Origin: Limnochordia bacterium
GTDB lineage: Bacteria; Bacillota; Limnochordia; DTU080
Direction: 5' to 3'
Length of the DNA: 64,000 nt
Assembly (NCBI GenBank): GCA_050951545.1
Contig: JBMNJG010000012.1
Location: 256,001 to 320,000 of the forward strand
Every line of letters starts with the position of its first letter. Positions within the stretch are counted from its first letter, which is position 1. This document shows positions 9,784-21,435 of this stretch, in pieces. The translations under genes were made by a program, and so were the position numbers. The notes under the pieces were generated by a model. It saw only the letters and a list, made by a program, of their open reading frames with translations. It searched no databases and was not told the origin of the DNA.

Positions 9784-9859
9784 TGGTACCCCCACGGGGA
9801 TTCGAACCCCGGCCGCATGGCTGAGAACCATGTGTCCTAGGCCCCTAGACGATGGGGGC
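9784..9859 (-). tRNA. tRNA-Glu(CTC)
   Basis: Cloverleaf, anticodon arm CATGG-TTCTCAG-CCATG, GTTCGAATC, encoded CCA. Confidence 0.95.
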
Positions 9860-9862
9860 ATA

Positions 9863-9936
9863 TGGCTGGGGGACCTGGATTCGAACCAGAACTAGTTGGT
9901 CCAGAGCCAACCGGGCTACCGTTACCCCATCCCCCA
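9863..9936 (-). tRNA. tRNA-Gln(CTG)
   Basis: Acceptor TGGGGGA/TCCCCCA, anticodon arm GTTGG-CTCTGGA-CCAAC, encoded CCA. Confidence 0.95.
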
Positions 9937-9948
9937 GCAACGTATGTG

Positions 9949-9977
9949 ATTATACCATGGCTTTCTCGAGCGTGCAA
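9949..9977 (-). promoter_or_regulatory. Sigma-A promoter of the tRNA-Gln/Glu pair
   Basis: TTGCAC-17-TATAAT with extended -10 TG. Confidence 0.8.
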
Positions 9978-9985
9978 GCCCTTGC

Positions 9986-10762
9986 TTAGAATTCGGGTTT
10001 GCTTGCCGCGCACAGATGGCATTTCGCGGTCCCCAGTGTGCCCATTGCGTCTCGCAACAGCTTGCAGACTGATTCACCGCAGGCCTGCATCGACTGTACC
10101 ACTTGGTCGTGATCCAGAGGATCCAGTGTGAGTCCGGCCCCGAGGTTGGTGACTAATGCAATGGTAGCATAGCATAACCCAAGCTCCCGGGCCAGAACCA
10201 CTTCAGGGAGAGCAGTCATACCGACGATGGTGCCACCAAGCATTGCAAAGGCCGACACCTCTGCAGGCGTCTCATAGCGCGGACCGTTTGTGCATACATA
10301 ACAGCCCGTCTGATGAATACGATTGGGAAGGCTCTGCCCTGCCGTGAGTAGCGCCCGACGCAAGGTAGGACAGTAGGGCTGAGTCATGTCTGTATGTACA
10401 ACTCGGGCATCGTCTCCGTCGAAAAACGTGGAAGGACGACCTGATGTGAAGTCGATAAACGAATCGACGACAACCAGGTCGCCAGGTTGCATCTTCCTGA
10501 CAAGTCCACCAACAGCTGCAGTGGCCACGACGCCTTCTACGCCTAGGTGGTGGAGAGCCCACATATTGGCTCTGTAGTTGATGCGGTGGGGTGGCAGCGA
10601 ATGGCCAGTTCCGTGGCGAGCTAGGAAGAAGACGTCCTCCTTTGTCGGCTGGGCTTGTTGTAGCGCTACGCGTCCGTAGGGGGTCTCTACATGCAGTGGT
10701 TGCGTAGTGTCAAATAGCGCTTCGGGCCCCACGCCAGTACCTCCAATTACGGCGAGACGCAA
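9986..10762 (-). CDS. mtnP: S-methyl-5'-thioadenosine/thioinosine phosphorylase
   Basis: LAVIGGTG, LARHG..H..PPH.INYRAN, GPRYETPAE, VGMT..PE..LARE; start moved to TTG at 10762. Confidence 0.9.
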   Translation of the reverse strand: MRLAVIGGTGVGPEALFDTTQPLHVETPYGRVALQQAQPTKEDVFFLARHGTGHSLPPHRINYRANMWALHHLGVEGVVATAAVGGLVRKMQPGDLVVVDSFIDFTSGRPSTFFDGDDARVVHTDMTQPYCPTLRRALLTAGQSLPNRIHQTGCYVCTNGPRYETPAEVSAFAMLGGTIVGMTALPEVVLARELGLCYATIALVTNLGAGLTLDPLDHDQVVQSMQACGESVCKLLRDAMGTLGTAKCHLCAASKPEF

Positions 10763-10931
10763 AGCAGCCACCCCTCCCTTGGAAATCCTTCTACGCTGGG
10801 CATCGACATGAGCGCCCCTCATTTTCATTGCTCGTGGCGGGCCGCGGCCCGTAGAGTCGGGCGCCCATGCGCGGCTCCCTAGGAAATCGTGTTATGCTGT
10901 GCGGGCATGTCGAACCTTGCGCGTGTGTCGA

Positions 10932-11144
10932 CTACATGACAATGGAGTAGTAGGCACTGATCTCATTGTCCGGTGCGACATTCAGTCGCTGGCGAAGCTC
11001 GCCAACTGTTGTGGGGGTTACCTGCTCCAAATCAGGATCAACTGCCCGTCTGCAGACAGCCAGACTAGCATATGAGCTTCGGTTTCGCTCCACAAAGTCT
11101 AAGATCGCTGTAATCTCTTTCGTTCGCTGAGCCAAGGCTTTCAC
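10932..11144 (-). CDS. Hypothetical 70-aa protein
   Basis: Co-oriented ORF with a purine-rich RBS and protein-like composition; no family recognised. Confidence 0.6.
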   Translation of the reverse strand: MKALAQRTKEITAILDFVERNRSSYASLAVCRRAVDPDLEQVTPTTVGELRQRLNVAPDNEISAYYSIVM

Positions 11145-11213
11145 CCCTTTGGGCGTTGGTAGGCATGTCGGCGGCCTCTGGCTCTGTGTTTAGTTGGCCG
11201 TCAACATGCGTAC

Positions 11214-11411
11214 CTAGCATGCGCTGCTTCGCGCGGGCTCTATGCGAACACCATCGACGAGATCCGCAACGTCCTGCGGCGTCGCCAGCCTGTCTCCCAG
11301 TTCACGTACTGCCGCGGTTCCTGCAGCAGTGGCTCATGCAACAGTCTCCTCAAATGGCCATCGCTGCAACATCTCGATGAGGTAGGTGGCGAGCATGGCA
11401 TCCCCCGCTAC
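11214..11411 (-). pseudogene. C-terminal remnant of a PfkB-family (1-phosphofructokinase-like) kinase with an internal stop
   Basis: Manual translation VAGDAMLATYLIEMLQRWPFEETVA*ATAAGTAAVRELGDRLATPQDVADLVDGVRIE; TGA at 11336-11334. Confidence 0.75.
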
Positions 11412-11420
11412 CCAATTCCC

Positions 11421-12494
11421 TTAGCTCTGCAGCTTGGCTATAATAGCGTCCGCCATCTCTTGTGTACCGACAGCACTGGGGTCGTTGCGGTCTTCCTTCA
11501 GATCGTAGGTGACAGCACGACCTTCGGCCAATACTGCTTTGACCGCCTGTTTCAGGCGCTGTGCAGCCTCTACCTCGCCCAGATGCTCGAGCATCATCAT
11601 TCCTGAGAGAATCAAGGCACATGGGTTTACCTTGTTTAGACCTTTGTATTTCGGCGCTGAGCCATGTGTTGGCTCAAATACGGCCACTCCATCCCCTATG
11701 TTCGCACCGGGAGCCACTCCAAGGCCCCCCACAAGCCCAGCGCATAGGTCTGACACAATGTCGCCGTAGAGATTGGGCATTACCAACACGTCGTACATCT
11801 CAGGGCGCTGAACGAGACGCATGCAGATGGCGTCGACGAGACATTCATCATAGGCAATACGTCCTTCGTACTCTTTGGCTACTTCTCGTGCGACCTCGTA
11901 GAACAAGCCATCAGTGAGCTTCATGATGTTGGCCTTAGCGACAGCCGTCACCCGCTGCCTGTTATGGGTCACGGCGTACTCAAACGCATACTTCACGATG
12001 CGGCGAGTGGCCTCTGTCGATGTCGATTTTACTGAGATGGCAGAGCCACTGCGAATCTTGTGGGGTGCCCAGCTCTGAATGGTCTTGCCCTCATCACTAT
12101 CGCCTGCAAACTCTACGCCGGCATAGAGGTCCTCAGTGTTCTCGCGGACAATCACGATGTCCACATCTGAGTAGCGAGAACGCACGCCCGGATAGTAAGC
12201 ACAGGGCCGAACACAGGCGTACAGCCCGAGTTCATGTCGCAGAGCGACATTGACGCTACGAAAGCCAGTACCGATCGGCGTGGTGATAGGCCCCTTCAGA
12301 GCGATTTTGTTGCGACGAACCGACTCCAACACGTTGGCCGGTAACGGGGTGCCGTGGGTCTCAGCGATCTCGGCACCCGCATGATGTACTTCCCAGTCAA
12401 ACTCTACGTTGGTCGCCTCAAGCACGCGCGTAGCCGCTGCTGTCAGCTCGGGACCAACACCATCACCAGGAATCAGAGTGATCTTATGTACCAC
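11421..12494 (-). CDS. icd: Isocitrate dehydrogenase (isocitrate/isopropylmalate family, NAD-type)
   Basis: [54 protein letters not shown]. Confidence 0.88.
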   Translation of the reverse strand: MVHKITLIPGDGVGPELTAAATRVLEATNVEFDWEVHHAGAEIAETHGTPLPANVLESVRRNKIALKGPITTPIGTGFRSVNVALRHELGLYACVRPCAYYPGVRSRYSDVDIVIVRENTEDLYAGVEFAGDSDEGKTIQSWAPHKIRSGSAISVKSTSTEATRRIVKYAFEYAVTHNRQRVTAVAKANIMKLTDGLFYEVAREVAKEYEGRIAYDECLVDAICMRLVQRPEMYDVLVMPNLYGDIVSDLCAGLVGGLGVAPGANIGDGVAVFEPTHGSAPKYKGLNKVNPCALILSGMMMLEHLGEVEAAQRLKQAVKAVLAEGRAVTYDLKEDRNDPSAVGTQEMADAIIAKLQS

Positions 12495-12513
12495 ATTTTC
12501 CCCTCCAGGCTTG

Positions 12514-15299
<2,786 letters not shown>

Positions 15300-15303
<4 letters not shown>

Positions 15304-16076
15304 TTTGAGGCCTCCTCCCGGATCCAGTCGTATCCTCTTTCCTCAAGCTCATCCGCGAGTTCGCGTCCACCTGAGCGTACGATTCGACCATCCATGAGAA
15401 CATGCACGAAATCGGGCCTCAGGTATTCCAGGATACGTTGGTAGTGGGTAATGACGATAACGCCCAGTTCCGGACTGAGTAGCTGGTTCACCCCATTGGA
15501 GACGACTCTCAGGGCATCGATATCTAATCCTGAGTCTGTCTCGTCAAGAATGGCGATCTTTGGTTCGAGCATAGCCATCTGCAGTACTTCATTGCGTTTT
15601 TTCTCGCCACCTGAAAAGCCTTCATTAAGGTAGCGGCTAGCAAAGGCAGCATCCATCTCCAACATGGCCATCTTCTCGCGTAGTTTTCTGGTAAACTGCA
15701 TCAGAGACAGCTCCTGCCCTTGAGCACGGCGAGCGTTGACTGCTGCTCGCAAAAAGTTGGCTACGCTAACTCCCGGAACCTCACTAGGGTACTGAAAGGC
15801 CAGGAAAAGACCAGCTTTGGAGCGTTCATCAGGCGCAAGGCCCAGGATGTCTTGGCCATTGAGCAGAACCGACCCGCCCGTTACCTCATAGCGTGGGTGG
15901 CCCATCAGTGTGAAAGCGAGGGTGCTTTTACCCGAGCCATTTGGTCCCATGATGGCATGAACTTCACCGCCGTGTACACTCAGCGAGAGCCCTTTGAGGA
16001 TGGGTGTTTTCTCGACGCTTACTTGTAGATTGGATATGTCCAAATGTGTACTCACGAATGCCGCCTCATTTCTCAC
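15300..16076 (-). CDS. sufC: Fe-S assembly ATPase SufC
   Basis: [36 protein letters not shown]. Confidence 0.96.
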
Positions 16077-16106
16077 AATTCAGGAGACCACCCCTACATC
16101 CAGCCA

Positions 16107-17420
16107 CTAGGTCGCTTGCATTATAGCAGAAGCACTGTCGGTGTCACAAGCAAGCATAGACAACTCGCCAACCAAGTCAGCGATGAACTGCTGCGCAGTG
16201 CGCGGAGAGGCACTATTTTCTTGTAGTGTCCAGGCCATGGCTCGGCGCCGTAGCTCTTGCGATGGAAGCGTAAGGCCTGCCTTTGCAGCCAGGGCCTCGA
16301 CAATCACCAGATACTCCTGTGGGTTCGGCGCACTGAAGACAACCGTACGGCCGAATCTATCGGCCAGAGCCAGCTTCTCTTCCATGGCATCCGCTGCACG
16401 AATCTCAGCCTCTCCTCTATCTCCGAAAAACTCAGCCACGAAATGCCGTCGGTTTGATGTTGCATAGATGATAACGTTCTGCGGAATGGTCGTCACAGCA
16501 CCTTCTACGATGGCCTTGAGCTGGCTAAAGGATGCTTCTCCTTCCTGGAACGAAAGATCATCAGCGAATAACACAAAGCGTTGGGTTCGTGGGCGCAATA
16601 GCTCAAGAAGTTGAGGCAGAGTGCCTAACTCATCTCTGGCAATTTGCACCAAACGCAGGCCATAGGGAGCATAATGCGCCGCGACGGCTTTTACGGTGGC
16701 TGATTTCCCCGTCCCCCTGTCTCCGTAGAGCAAGAGGTTATGCGCTGGCAGACCGCGCAGGAATCTGCGCGTGTTTTCGAGCACGGTGTTTCGCTGCATC
16801 TCATACCCGAAAAGATCCGAAAGGCGCACTGAGTCTGGGAAAGACACACCCGTCAGGCTATTTCCCGTGAAAAGAAGCACAGGGAAGCGTGCGGTCATGC
16901 CACACCCGTACTGATTTACGAGTCGTGTCAGTTCATCGAGCTGGTCCGCCCAGTGCTTCGTAGACGCAAGCCACTCAGCTATTGGATCGGGCGTTGATTC
17001 GCCAGACGACTCACCGCAGTTAGGTAGATGAACTCCGGTTTCCTGATGCAAATAACGGGCTATAACGGTCGTATTACAGTCGAACACCGCTTCAAGGCAG
17101 CGTAGATCATGTCTCACGATTCGTGGCAGAGCACCGGGAAGCCTATTACTGGTTTCTGCGGAGCGGGTGAACGCATTCTCACTCATAGACATGGCTTTCG
17201 CTAGATAGCACTGCCACAAATCACTGCCGCGTAGCTGCGGGAGTTCAGAGCGCTGGTCACATAGCTCGGCCACTAGTTTGCAGTAGGCAGGTATTCCTTC
17301 GCCAGTAAGCCCTTTGCTAGTAGCGCTACGCCACAGACGCACTACTTTGTCACAAAGAAGCTCTCGAAAAAGAATCAAGGCATCAGCTGCCTTGACCGCC
17401 TTGGGCACTTGTTCGCCCAC
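16107..17420 (-). CDS. AAA+ ATPase, DUF815 family
   Basis: LLYGDRGTGKS, FADDLSF, IYATSNRRH, EEKLALADRFG; likely GTG start at 17420 after GAGGTG. Confidence 0.85.
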   Translation of the reverse strand: MGEQVPKAVKAADALILFRELLCDKVVRLWRSATSKGLTGEGIPAYCKLVAELCDQRSELPQLRGSDLWQCYLAKAMSMSENAFTRSAETSNRLPGALPRIVRHDLRCLEAVFDCNTTVIARYLHQETGVHLPNCGESSGESTPDPIAEWLASTKHWADQLDELTRLVNQYGCGMTARFPVLLFTGNSLTGVSFPDSVRLSDLFGYEMQRNTVLENTRRFLRGLPAHNLLLYGDRGTGKSATVKAVAAHYAPYGLRLVQIARDELGTLPQLLELLRPRTQRFVLFADDLSFQEGEASFSQLKAIVEGAVTTIPQNVIIYATSNRRHFVAEFFGDRGEAEIRAADAMEEKLALADRFGRTVVFSAPNPQEYLVIVEALAAKAGLTLPSQELRRRAMAWTLQENSASPRTAQQFIADLVGELSMLACDTDSASAIMQAT

Positions 17421-17543
17421 ATCATTCACCTCGCAGCGTTCATCGAAATGGGCTTTGACACAGGGCCACAAACTCCTGCCTAAGAAGTGCCTGGAAGTGG
17501 TAAGCGCACCTCTAGCTGCACGAAAGGCATGCAGAATCTGGCT

Positions 17544-17572
17544 GTATCTGGGCTCGTATTGGTGGCATTCTA
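17544..17572 (+). promoter_or_regulatory. Putative sigma-G promoter of the SASP gene
   Basis: GTATC-17-CATTCTA resembles GHATR-N17/18-CATnnTA. Confidence 0.5.
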
Positions 17573-17595
17573 AGCGTGCAGGAGGTGAAAACGTA

Positions 17596-17910
17596 ATGGC
17601 TGCAGGTCAGAAGAGAAACGTCGCCTTAGTTCCCGGTGCATATCAGGCTCTTGAACAATTCAAGCAGGAAGTGGCCTCTGAGCTAGGTATTCAGAATTAC
17701 CAGGGATACCTGGGCGATATCCCCTCCCGGATAAACGGAGCGGTGGGTGGCCATATGGTCCGGCGCATGATCGCCGCGGCTGAGCAATCACTGATCGATC
17801 AAGCTACTACAGCAGTACGCACAGGCTTCCAAGCTGGTCTTACCAGCAGCGGTAGCGTTCCTAGTCCATCCACAGTTAGTGAGCAGGGGCTTCAGCCTGG
17901 CAAAGTATAA
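17596..17910 (+). CDS. Alpha/beta-type small acid-soluble spore protein with a C-terminal extension
   Basis: AGGAGGTG RBS, ATG at 17596; LVPGA..ALEQFKQEVASELG, SRINGAVGG.MVRRMI..AE. Confidence 0.92.
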   Translation: MAAGQKRNVALVPGAYQALEQFKQEVASELGIQNYQGYLGDIPSRINGAVGGHMVRRMIAAAEQSLIDQATTAVRTGFQAGLTSSGSVPSPSTVSEQGLQPGKV

Positions 17911-17925
17911 GCAAAGCTGAAGAGG

Positions 17926-19335
17926 TTACTTAGCGGGGGTGCTAGAACCCCCGCTTCTGGTTGACTCCAACAGCGCTACACATTCAATGTGGGCAGTATG
18001 TGGGAACATGTCGAGCGGTTGAACCTGCACTAGACGGTAGCCACATCCCTGCAAGAGCTTGATATCGCGGGCCAGGGTTACTGGATTGCACGAGATGTAG
18101 ACCCAGCGCTCAGCCTCCACATCCGCCATGTGCTTCAGGAATGTGCTGTCAAGTCCTGCCCTTGGTGGGTCCACTATGATGACGTCAGGGATTCCTCGCT
18201 TCTGAGTCAACTGCCAGGCTATCTCTTCTACGCGACCAGCGTAAAACCAAGCGTTATCAAGCCCATTGATACGGGCATTTTTCTGGGCATCTTCAATTGC
18301 CTCTTGGACTATGTCAATGCCCCAGACCTCTGCAGCACCCGCTTTTGCTAAGACGAGCGAAACCCCACCCGTACCACAGTACGCATCCAGAAGCTTTGAT
18401 CGCGGATGCACCTGAACGTATTCGAGGGCCACGGAATAGAGCGTTTGGGCCTGCAATGGATTTACCTGGAAAAACGATGGCGCTGAGACACGAAACTCCA
18501 GGAGCATTCCGCTAACGCTTAGCGTTTCGCGTAGGTAGTCTCTCCCCCACAACAAGACATTGTGCCTTCCCAGAATGCGATTGCCTCTTTGGTCATTCAC
18601 GTTCAAAGTCACACCCACAAGCGACGGTAGGTCATTGTGCAGGGCCGTGACAAGATCATGCTGGTGTTTGAAGCTTGCCTGCGCCATGACCAGTGTGACA
18701 AGCAGCTCATCATAAGAGAAACTAGCTCGCGCCAGGACGTGCCGCAAGGTTCCGCTGCCATCTGATTCGTCATAAGGAGCGATTGGCAGTGCCCGCAAGT
18801 GCTCAAGCATAGAGGTCGCTGCTGCGCAAATCGCTGGATGCTGGACAAGGCACTTCTCTGCCGGGACAAGTCGATGAGAGTACTGCTCGAAGAACCCGAG
18901 ACTAGGATGACCCGCTACCATCTGCACGGGAAACTGCGCCTTGTTCCGATACTCCCACCGGGAGGGCGCAGCTATGATGGGCAGGACCACGGGTTTGGTG
19001 ATACCTCCGAGACGCTGCAGAACTCGGGCAACGCGTTCTTCCTTCCACTCTAGCTGAGCCTCATAGGACAGATGCTGAAGCTGGCAACCGCCACAACGCG
19101 GAAACACAGGACAAGGAGAGCTTGTGCGCTCCGGCGAAGCGGAAAGCAGCTTCACAAGATGAGCTCTTTGGTAGCGCTTATGAGACTCGAACGGTTGGGC
19201 CATAACTGTATCGCCGGGCAGCGCTCCCCGAATGAACACGGTTTGCCCCTGGAAGCGCCCTACCCCTTCGCCTCTATGACCTAGATCGTGAATGGGCACT
19301 TCTATTAGCCCTTCGTGCCCCCGTTGGTGTCGCAT
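17926..19335 (-). CDS. rlmD: 23S rRNA (uracil-C5)-methyltransferase RlmD family
   Basis: TRAM domain, CPVFPRCGGC, SFFQVN, DAYCGTG, VDPPRAG, YISCNP, DMFPHTAHIE. Confidence 0.93.
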   Translation of the reverse strand: MRHQRGHEGLIEVPIHDLGHRGEGVGRFQGQTVFIRGALPGDTVMAQPFESHKRYQRAHLVKLLSASPERTSSPCPVFPRCGGCQLQHLSYEAQLEWKEERVARVLQRLGGITKPVVLPIIAAPSRWEYRNKAQFPVQMVAGHPSLGFFEQYSHRLVPAEKCLVQHPAICAAATSMLEHLRALPIAPYDESDGSGTLRHVLARASFSYDELLVTLVMAQASFKHQHDLVTALHNDLPSLVGVTLNVNDQRGNRILGRHNVLLWGRDYLRETLSVSGMLLEFRVSAPSFFQVNPLQAQTLYSVALEYVQVHPRSKLLDAYCGTGGVSLVLAKAGAAEVWGIDIVQEAIEDAQKNARINGLDNAWFYAGRVEEIAWQLTQKRGIPDVIIVDPPRAGLDSTFLKHMADVEAERWVYISCNPVTLARDIKLLQGCGYRLVQVQPLDMFPHTAHIECVALLESTRSGGSSTPAK

Positions 19336-19358
19336 ACTAGTATCGGATCCCCAGCCTC

Positions 19359-20330
19359 TTAAACGAATTTCTCCGGATGGCCCATCAAGGTGGCCAGAAC
19401 TGCATTCTGGGCATGCAAGCGGTTCTCAGCCTGATCGAAGATGACGCTTTGTGGGCCCTCAAAGACCTCCTCCGTGATCTCTTCACCTCGATGCGCGGGT
19501 AGACAGTGCATTACGATGCAGTTGTCGGCTGCCGCCCGTAGCATGGTGCTATTGATCTGGTACTTCGCAAACGCGTCCGCTCGCATCGCCTGCTCGTCCT
19601 CTTGGCCCATGCTGGCCCAAACATCAGTATAGAGCACATCCGCTCTGTCTGCAGCCATCTTCGGGTCATGCACGATCTCCACGCGGCTTTGCCCGCAGGC
19701 ATCTTCGCGCGCTTGCGCAAGATAAGTCGCACTAGGCTCGTAGCCAGGTGGACAGCAGATCGTAACGTGCATGCCTGTTTTGGCCCCGGCAAACATCAAT
19801 GACGTCGCCATGTTGTTACCATCGCCCACGTAGGTCATTTTCAGTCCTGCCAAACGCCCTTTGTGCTCCTGAATGGTCAGCAGATCCGCTAAGGCTTGGC
19901 ATGGATGCAAATCATCTGTGAGGCCGTTGATGACTGGTACCGCTGCATATGCAGCGAGGTCTATGACGTCTTGGTGGGCGTACGTACGGATCATGATTCC
20001 ATCTACATAGCGCGACAGAACCCGTCCTGTATCGCCTATCGGCTCGCCGCGTCCAATCTGTGTATCAGTACTCACAAGGACGGTCGCGTCTCCGCCAAGT
20101 CGACGTATTCCGATCTCAAACGAGACACGGGTTCGCGTTGAGGCTTTCGTGAAAATCATGGCGAGTTGCTTGCCCTGCAGAATCGGCACAAGTCCTCGCT
20201 CTTTGAGCAGCACTGCCAGCGTAAGCAGGTCCGATATCTCCATTGGCGTAAAGTCATGCAGGCTGAGAAAATCCCTTCCATGCATCGCAGCCAGCGAAGC
20301 TTTCTGCTCTGCTGTGAGGCTTAACAACAA
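19359..20330 (-). CDS. argF: Ornithine carbamoyltransferase
   Basis: STRTRVSFE, HPCQALAD, DVWASMG, HCLPAHRG. Confidence 0.96.
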   Translation of the reverse strand: MLLSLTAEQKASLAAMHGRDFLSLHDFTPMEISDLLTLAVLLKERGLVPILQGKQLAMIFTKASTRTRVSFEIGIRRLGGDATVLVSTDTQIGRGEPIGDTGRVLSRYVDGIMIRTYAHQDVIDLAAYAAVPVINGLTDDLHPCQALADLLTIQEHKGRLAGLKMTYVGDGNNMATSLMFAGAKTGMHVTICCPPGYEPSATYLAQAREDACGQSRVEIVHDPKMAADRADVLYTDVWASMGQEDEQAMRADAFAKYQINSTMLRAAADNCIVMHCLPAHRGEEITEEVFEGPQSVIFDQAENRLHAQNAVLATLMGHPEKFV

Positions 20331-20402
20331 TCATACCACGTCCTTTGTTTGTCATGCTCTACAGTGGCCTAGCGTTGCGCCCATGGCAGCTTTAGAGAAC
20401 TT

Positions 20403-20427
20403 GAAGGCGGCTAGAACCACCGCCTTC
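20403..20427. terminator. Hairpin downstream of the spo0A-like gene
   Basis: GAAGGCGG-N9-CCGCCTTC. Confidence 0.45.
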
Positions 20428-20453
20428 GGTCACATCGAAAGGCTGACTTTGCC

Positions 20454-21275
20454 TCAGAATGCCTGACGCTTCTCGCGATTCTGGAATCGGATCTGATCGG
20501 CCAGCTCAGCGATCATCGCCGAGTTAGTAGGTATCTTTCCGTACCCGACGCCATTGCGCCCTGTCATGGTGGCAAACAGCTCACGGTTTCCTCGCTCCCA
20601 CCAGGCAGTGAGCGCGTTGCGAATGGCTGCCTCGACGCCTCCTGGAGATGACTGGTATTTTTCAGCGACCATCGGGTATAGCCTTTTGGTAAGCCCTCCT
20701 GCCAGCAGGCGGTCATCCTCTAACGCCATCTGCACAGCATCTCGTAGATACAGGTACCCTTTCATGTGTGCTGGTACGCCCAACTTGTGTAGCAGCTCGG
20801 TCACCTGCAGATCCGAAGGCGCAGAGCGAGGCCGCACTGGACCACGGACGCCGCCGGACGCACTGATAGCTGTCTGCTCTGCCACATGAGATGGCTGAGG
20901 GCAGAACTCGCGAATGCGTTCGGCCAAGACCTCAAGATCAATGGGTTTGACCACATAATAGTCCGCACCCAAATTCGTGAGACGGTGCATGATGTCCTCC
21001 CGCCCCAACGCACTTAGCACAATAATGCGTGGGGGCGGTTGGAGATCGAGCTCACGCATGCGCTGTAATACAGCAATGCCGTCGAGGCGGGGCATGGCGA
21101 CATCGAGTATGACTACATCGACAGGGAGCTTACTAAGCGCTTCTAGGGCAGCTTCGCCGTCCATGGCTGTCGCTACCACGGTCATGTCACCCTGTAATTC
21201 GATAAACTCTGTCAGCATCTCGCATAGTTCCATATTGTTGTCGGCAATTAGAATTCGGGTTCTGTCCGCACCCAT
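20454..21275 (-). CDS. spo0A: Spo0A-family response regulator (divergent)
   Basis: Receiver domain (ILDVAMPRLDG) plus Spo0A_C domain (LGVPAHMKGYLYLRDAV, TKRLYP, PTNS); orthologue versus paralogue is uncertain. Confidence 0.8.
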   Translation of the reverse strand: MGADRTRILIADNNMELCEMLTEFIELQGDMTVVATAMDGEAALEALSKLPVDVVILDVAMPRLDGIAVLQRMRELDLQPPPRIIVLSALGREDIMHRLTNLGADYYVVKPIDLEVLAERIREFCPQPSHVAEQTAISASGGVRGPVRPRSAPSDLQVTELLHKLGVPAHMKGYLYLRDAVQMALEDDRLLAGGLTKRLYPMVAEKYQSSPGGVEAAIRNALTAWWERGNRELFATMTGRNGVGYGKIPTNSAMIAELADQIRFQNREKRQAF

Positions 21276-21435
21276 ACTATCTCTCCTCCTAAGATCTCCG
21301 CACAGAGTGCGTCAGCCACTTTTTCCGCCATTAGGCGCGGACTCCTTTTTTTTGGGCGCAAATTGTGCCAGTTTTCTGCGTGTGCTGTGACACGTACACT
21401 TGTCAACATGACAGGTCACTTATCCAGATACTTGA

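Noticed and set aside
11334-11336. Selenocysteine or recoded TGA in the PfkB remnant
   Set aside because: The position is not catalytic, the gene lacks its N-terminal part, and TGA ends many intact genes here.
17314-17595. 198-aa long form of the SASP ORF
   Set aside because: The upstream part overlaps the DUF815 gene on the opposite strand; the strong RBS and sigma-G-like promoter point to ATG 17596.
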